Shown here: one piece after another, positions 58,305-64,000 of the stretch | Position numbering within the stretch: the first letter of the stretch is position 1 | Layout: each line of letters begins with the position of its first letter | DNA from: the human T2T-CHM13v2.0 reference genome, Homo sapiens | Assembly: GCF_009914755.1 (NCBI RefSeq) | Contig: NC_060932.1 | Length of the DNA: 64,000 bases | Direction: 5' to 3' (one strand) | The notes under the pieces: generated by a model | Told to the model about the DNA's origin: nothing | Databases searched by the model: none | What the model saw: only the letters and a program-made list of their open reading frames with translations | Position numbers and translations under genes: made by a program

Positions 58305-58525
58305 CACTAACTATGCTTATGCAGCACTTACTTGATGCCAGCACTGTTCTAAGATCTTTACCTCTATTAGCTCATTTACTTGCCACCACAAGCCTTTGAG
58401 GTAGAGACTGTCATTTCCACCACATTACAGATGAGGAAACAAAGGAAGAAGGAAGACAAGTCACTCGCCTAAGTGCACATGGCTGGTTATATGGCGGAGC
58501 CAGGATGCAGACCCAGGCAGGTGAT
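58305..58525 (-). mobile_element. MIR
   Basis: agcacttacttgatgccagcactgttctaag..cattacagatgaggaaac..acccaggcag. Confidence 0.8.
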
Positions 58526-58640
58526 TCTTCCTTAGTGGGTTCTGTTTATGATTCTTCTTTTTCTCCATCTCCCCCAACCCCCTAAGCACACGGGACCTGC
58601 TCCGATGTACTTTAGAGTATGGGAAGATGGCATCAGCAGC

Positions 58641-59131
58641 TGTATTTGTTTACTATTGCTACTGCAAAAAGTCATCACAGACTTACTGTTTTAAAACAAC
58701 ATGAATTCATTCTTACAGTTCTGGAGGTCAGAAGTCCAAAATCAGCTTTATTGGCCCCAAATCTCTGTGGCCTTGGGGCTACACTCCCTCCCTAGAAAAT
58801 AATGCATTTCCTTGCCTTTTCCAGCTTCTAGAGCTGCATCCCTCGCATTTCTTGGCTCCTGGCCCCTTTTGCCATCCTCAAAGCTGGTGAGCAGCATGTC
58901 ACTTCAGGGCCACCTTGCCATCTTCTGTGTGAAATCACCCTCTGTTTCCCTCCTGAAAAGACACTTCTGACTGCATTTAGGGCCCACCCAGATGATCCGG
59001 GATACTCTCCCATCTCAACATTCCTGACTAAAACACATGTGCAAAGTCTCTTCTTCCTTACACGGTAACACTCACAGGTTCTAGGGATTAGAGTCTGGGT
59101 AACTTCGGGTGTCATTACTCAGCCCATTACA
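58641..59131 (-). mobile_element. MLT1C/D-type LTR
   Basis: cttacagttctggaggtcagaagtccaaaatcag..; TSD gcagc/tcagc. Confidence 0.85.
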
Positions 59132-59644
59132 TCAGCCTTCTAGGAATTCATTGCACTGAGTGACCTCTCAGAGGAAGCCAAAATGCCACCAATGGAATGG
59201 CCTCATCTAAGCCCTGGGAGCCTGTAGGTGAAGAGCACACTCCCATCCACCACACCTAGTCTACCAAGCTGCACTCAGCCTGACCCAGCTGGCTGGCCAT
59301 TTACTTTTTGGGGGCACTCTAAGTAGCTTAGGATCAGAACTTCTGAGCTGCCCAAAGTGAGCCTCTTCTGCTCGGGGCCTCAGCCCTCAGCCCACCTCTC
59401 CCCATAGTGCCCTCCTGCTGGGGCCTTTAACCACAGCTTTGTACTTGCAATGTCCTTAGATCTCTAGACATCTCCATGCCAGGCACCTCGGGGGATATAA
59501 CTTTATAGCCCTTTGTGTTTGTGACATGATTGGCAGCCTCCAAATCTCAAGGCCTTGGGAGGAAGAGGAGTTCAGTTGCCCACAGGCTATGGCTCCAGGA
59601 GACTGGACAGATCAAAGACAGAACCACTTAGTTTAGAGAAATCG

Positions 59645-59960
59645 ACTGTTTGTTGGGATATAATCTACACACAACGCAATTCACCCATTTGAGGGGTACC
59701 ATTCAATGGTTGTGTAATGTATTCACTGAGTTGTACAACCATAATTGCAATCTAATTTTGGAATATTTATATCATCTCAAAAGAAAACCTTTACCTACTG
59801 GCAGTCACTCCCCATCCCACTCCAGCCCCCTCTTCCTGGCATCCACTGCTCCACTTTCTTTCTGTATAGATTCACTTATCCTAGACATTTTATGTCAATG
59901 GAATTTTACAATATGTGGTTTTTTTGTGACGGGTTTATTTCATTTAGTGTAATTTTTAGA
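59645..59960 (-). mobile_element. L1MB-type 3' end
   Basis: gatataatctacac..aattcacccatttga..gagttgtacaaccat..aaaagaaaacc. Confidence 0.78.
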
Positions 59961-60139
59961 ACTCCTTTCTTTCCTCTATAGATTTATCCCCAAATATCTC
60001 TCAAGTGCTTACTATGCCCAGAGTGGACTGTTTCAGATAGAGAGATATGATATGCTTGGTCTTTGACCACTAAGGAAGTCGGACCACATATATTTCAAAA
60101 TTGATGAAGTTTTGATCAATTAATTGATGTCCAGTCTAT

Positions 60140-61240
60140 CTCTCTCAATTTATGAATGCTGAAATGAAGGACAAGAGAGCCAAAGTGATTTTCCCCCAAA
60201 GTCCTCCGGAGACAGGACTGGAGGCCAGACTTCCTGATCCTTGTTTAGCATTTTTCTCAGCATGCCAGCTGACTCCATTCACATCACACAGCCAGGACAG
60301 AGCCAGGACTAGAACTCACGTCTCCCCATTGCAAATCTTTTGCAATTTTTCTAACATTTGATTCTCAGAAAGAAGTGACATGTAAATTATCTGGGGTGGA
60401 AAGTGAAAACGATGTGTAATGATGCAACGTAACTCAACTTGGAGCCAAAATGAGCATATTCCACACCTGGTCATTCCTGCAGCTTACCGTGTGAGGAAGT
60501 TACTTTCCTTCTCTGGTCTTAATAAAATATGAGAATCTCTTTAAGGTCCCTTTCACATTTAATATTTTGCAATTTAGGTGGCACGAAGAGTCTGTTTCTC
60601 CAAGGTCACAGAGCATTCTGCCTTTATCTGTCTGACTTTAATTCCTAGAAACTAAACTAAGCTATATCATCCTCCATTCTTGCTTCCCTTGAAAAGTCAG
60701 TGGGGCAGCCCATCAGAGCTTAAAGAGTGGGCATTGGGTCTTGAACTGCTTACCTTGCAGACAACACAAGGAATTGGGCCTGGTTCTGCCTCCTAAGTCC
60801 CCCTTCAGTCTACAGGCAAGCAGAGGCAGCAAATCACACAGAACCCTCTCCTCCAGCTGGCATGACCTCCCCTCATGCCTTCTGATGAGAACATACACAG
60901 CTCCTTCTGCCTGTGGTCATTGCCTCCTGTGGGTCTTCCAGGCAGGTCACCGCTCCATGGTGTGGGGCTCAGAATTCTCAGGCTGGGTAACAAGACAGTG
61001 AGGTGGAGTTTGATTTCACTGAGGAAAATAGTAATGGAGATGTATTGAATACTTGTTTTCTGCTGACTTAACTCTGCTAACTGCTTTTAGGTCATTTTAT
61101 TTAATGCCCACAACTCTCTATTCCCTATTTAAAGATGAGGAAATAGGACTGGAGTTTAGGCACCATGCCTTGGGCTACACATTTAGTGGAGTCAGTGTTC
61201 CACACAAGTTGAATGCAAAGCCTGAGCTCTAATCTGCCAC
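60140..61240. mobile_element. Scattered MIR/MIR3 fragments
   Basis: aatttatgaatgctgaaatgaaggac; tctctttaaggtccctttca; tttaaagatgaggaaatagg. Confidence 0.45.
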
Positions 61241-62404
61241 ACTGAGGCACTCCTTCCACTGTGACTCAGGAAGGATGCTAATCCAGTGCACAGCTGGTCA
61301 GTCATTCAGTTTCCCAAGTCTGCCTCTGTGTTCCCAAGCAGTAAAGCTGATGTTTAGACACAGGATTTGGGATGCACAGCTCAGTGACAAGCCACTGCTG
61401 CCACCTGCACCTCAGCACAACCCCTGTCCTTCCAGGCAGGTGATGAGAGTTGTCCTGAGAATCTCAGCTGACTTTGTCATTTCAATTTAGAGATGTGCAA
61501 ATATACATATATCTATTTCAAGGGCTTGGCAATACATTTTATAAAAACCACTTCCTGCCCCTGAAATCAATTAGATACATTTCTTAAACTGCAGAGGAGT
61601 GTGTCAGCTGCAGTATCTCCCTAAATCGAGTGTGACAGATAATAACTCCATGGCCTGCCAGTTCCCAATGTATCACAGAGCAGGGAGCCCTGATCCTGTC
61701 CACTGAAGAGATGTGCCTTTCTCTCCCTCTTTGAAGGCATGCAACATTTGGACAAACCTCTGGATTTGATTTATTGATTCTGGGGGTTCTATATCATAGG
61801 ATGGATGGATGGATGGAAAGAGTTAACTGCAGAGACTTGGCCTGGCAAGGACTGGCCTTTCAGTTAATGATGGAAAACCATTTATTTATCCATTAATTTA
61901 TCCATAATTTTCCGGTCCATCTTCTCTGTGTTAAGAACTGAAGACAATGGTGAGCAAAAGCAGATCTGATGTGTGCACTTGTGGGGCTGGGAAACACGCC
62001 CACTGGCAGAATTGCATGATCCACCAGGAGTTAGTGACAGACAAGGGGTGGTCCTGAAGCAGGGTGCATGGTGGGGGTGGATTAGAGCAGTCAGGGTCTA
62101 GAAGGAGGTAACATAAATCGAGATGACTAGACAATAAACTTCTGGGCAAGACCAAGCAGAGCCTTACAGCAGGCGTAGGGTAGGGGCTATGATTGGATGC
62201 ATGTTGTGAAATGAGGTTCCCCAGAGAGGGTTGTGGGGCAAACACAACTTGGAGGATAGAACATGTGCAGACTTCATGGGTCCAGAATGCTCAGGACTCC
62301 AGTTAGACCCAGGACCTCATGCAGACCAGCAGGTCCCGAGCAGCGGTTCAGGGACGCTGAGCTCCCACAGGGATGTGGTGCATACACTCAACTCTGTTTC
62401 TTTG

Positions 62405-62740
62405 AGAGCTTTTAGGATACCTCTGTTTATAAGTAACAGAAATCCCAAATCAAACCGGCTTAGACAATAAAGGAGGTGGGGTTTGGAGCTGGTTTAATAG
62501 ACCTGTCTCTGCAATTCCCTTTATTCTGCCCCTCCCTCATGTCTGCTGCCTTTTTTTCCCCTCACAGTGGGGAAACCACAGCAGTAGTTCAAGTTCCAAG
62601 CCTTGTATCTGCAGCCACAAATAGAGAGGAAGAGGGGTCTGTTTTTTAGGATTCTCTGCAAAATCCTGAGTTCATAAACCACCCACTGTGGCAAGGGAAA
62701 TGTCAGGCATCTAGAGGCCGAGGTGAACCACAGAAAGGAT
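62405..62740 (-). mobile_element. Old MLT1 (K/L/M-like) LTR fragment
   Basis: aagtaacagaaatcccaaatcaaaccggcttagacaataaagg. Confidence 0.5.
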
Positions 62741-62859
62741 GGAATTAATCTTTCAGTCTTAAACACCTCTGTAGCTTAGGGCGGGTTGCAAACAAGCCCC
62801 AAATCTCCTAGAACACACAGATCTTCTCCAGAATAGTGGCATCTGATCTTGACCACCCA

Positions 62860-62970
62860 GGAGAGAAGGTTCATTTCCTGTGGATGGTGAGTGATCCTTC
62901 ACTGGAGATGGTCAAGCCAAGGCCAAATGACCACCAGGCAGAGCTGTTGGGGACTAGCAAATTATCAGAA
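62860..62970 (+). mobile_element. L3/CR1 3' fragment
   Basis: tggtgagtgatccttcactggagatggtcaagccaaggccaaatgaccacc. Confidence 0.5.
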
Positions 62971-63394
62971 GGAAGTTGGACCCAATTGCCTCCTTGTTAC
63001 TTTGAATCTATCACGACAGTGTTACTTAATTATTCCCCTTATTTTGCTGAAGATGCCCTCACTGAGATCAGCATTTCTCATTACATTAATTGTTTCAATA
63101 TTGTCTGCTGGGAAAAGGACTTGGCTGGGTTTCAGAGCTCAGGAGCGGTCAGGAGAGGTCAAAGCAAGTAATTTCCCCACAATATGTCGGGCTTTTTACT
63201 AACAGTCACAGAATGCAAAAGCCCAAGGACTTCTTTGAGGTGTGGCTGCTGAGGCACAGAGAGGCATAGGGTCTTAACTATGAAGACAAAGGGAGTTGGT
63301 GGAAAAAGCAAGTGGGAAGCCCAGCTGTCACGACCCCCTGGGCCATGGTTCTTCCTCCTCACCATGACATCTTCTTGTGGCTAAGTGAGGAGGG

Positions 63395-63830
63395 CTGTCC
63401 CAGGCTGGGCTGCATCCTGCCCTGTGCATTCACCTGTCACAGGCTGCGCTGCATCCTGTCCCATGCATCCGCCTGTCGCATGCTGTGCTGCATCCTGTCC
63501 TGTGCATCCAACTGTCGCAGTTGGGCTGTGCCATACCCTGTGCATTCACCTGTTGCAGGCTGGGCTGCATCCTGCCCTGTGTATCCCTTCACCTGTCAGA
63601 GGCTTGGCTGCATCCTGCCCTGTGCATACACCTGTCACAGACTGGGCTGCATCCTACCCTGTGCATTCACCTGTCACAGTCTGGGCTGCATCCTGCCCTG
63701 TGCATTTACTTGTCACAGGCTGGGCTGCATCGTGCCCTGTCCCTTTACTTGTCACAGACTGGGCTGCATCCTGCCCTGTGCATTTACTTGTCACAGGCTG
63801 GGCTGCATCCTGCCCTGTGCATACACCTGT
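63395..63830. repeat. Minisatellite, ~11 copies of a 39-bp unit
   Basis: Unit ggctgggctgcatcctgccctgtgcattcacctgtcaca; one copy has a 4-bp insertion near 63585. Confidence 0.97.
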
Positions 63831-64000
63831 TGGCCTCTCTGGACATGTCCTGTCCTCTGCCAGCTGACCGCTAACCCTCATCTTTCAGAATTCCTCCTGA
63901 GCATCAGAGATGCTGAATGCTTCCTTGATCCCCAAGCTCCTGAAACTTGATCTTTCCTCTGATGGAATTCGAGATCAAGTTTTAGGAGACTGGGGATCAG

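Overview
Primate (human-like) nuclear DNA that looks intergenic or deep-intronic and is dominated by transposable elements. It holds about 21 near-full-length Alus (J/S/Y, most with clear target-site duplications), several old nested L1M fragments, many MIR/L2 relics, hAT and mariner DNA-transposon fossils (MER20, MER3, MADE1), about 10 ERV1-class solo LTRs between 15.7 and 36.9 kb, a full-length THE1 MaLR inserted inside another THE1 LTR, and an internally deleted ERVL with recognisable integrase/dUTPase remnants. No protein-coding gene, tRNA, rRNA or CRISPR array is supportable. The longer supplied ORFs are explained by repeats or low-complexity DNA, and none of the others shows recognisable coding evidence. 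I found no evidence of a new biological system. The most notable non-routine signals are: a near-perfect 6 x 88-bp VNTR carrying E-boxes and minus-strand splice donors; a 39-bp minisatellite that is stop-free in all forward frames; several templated-insertion or inverted-duplication scars (8.3-9.1 kb, 12.3/12.9 kb, and the loop of a MADE1 hairpin at 16.4 kb); an Alu/MST deletion junction next to an inverted Alu; and a G4-rich, CpG-retaining region with a strong minus-strand splice donor near 1.8-2.1 kb. Repeat subfamily names come from recalled consensus sequences and need RepeatMasker/Dfam confirmation. Boundaries of old elements are approximate.
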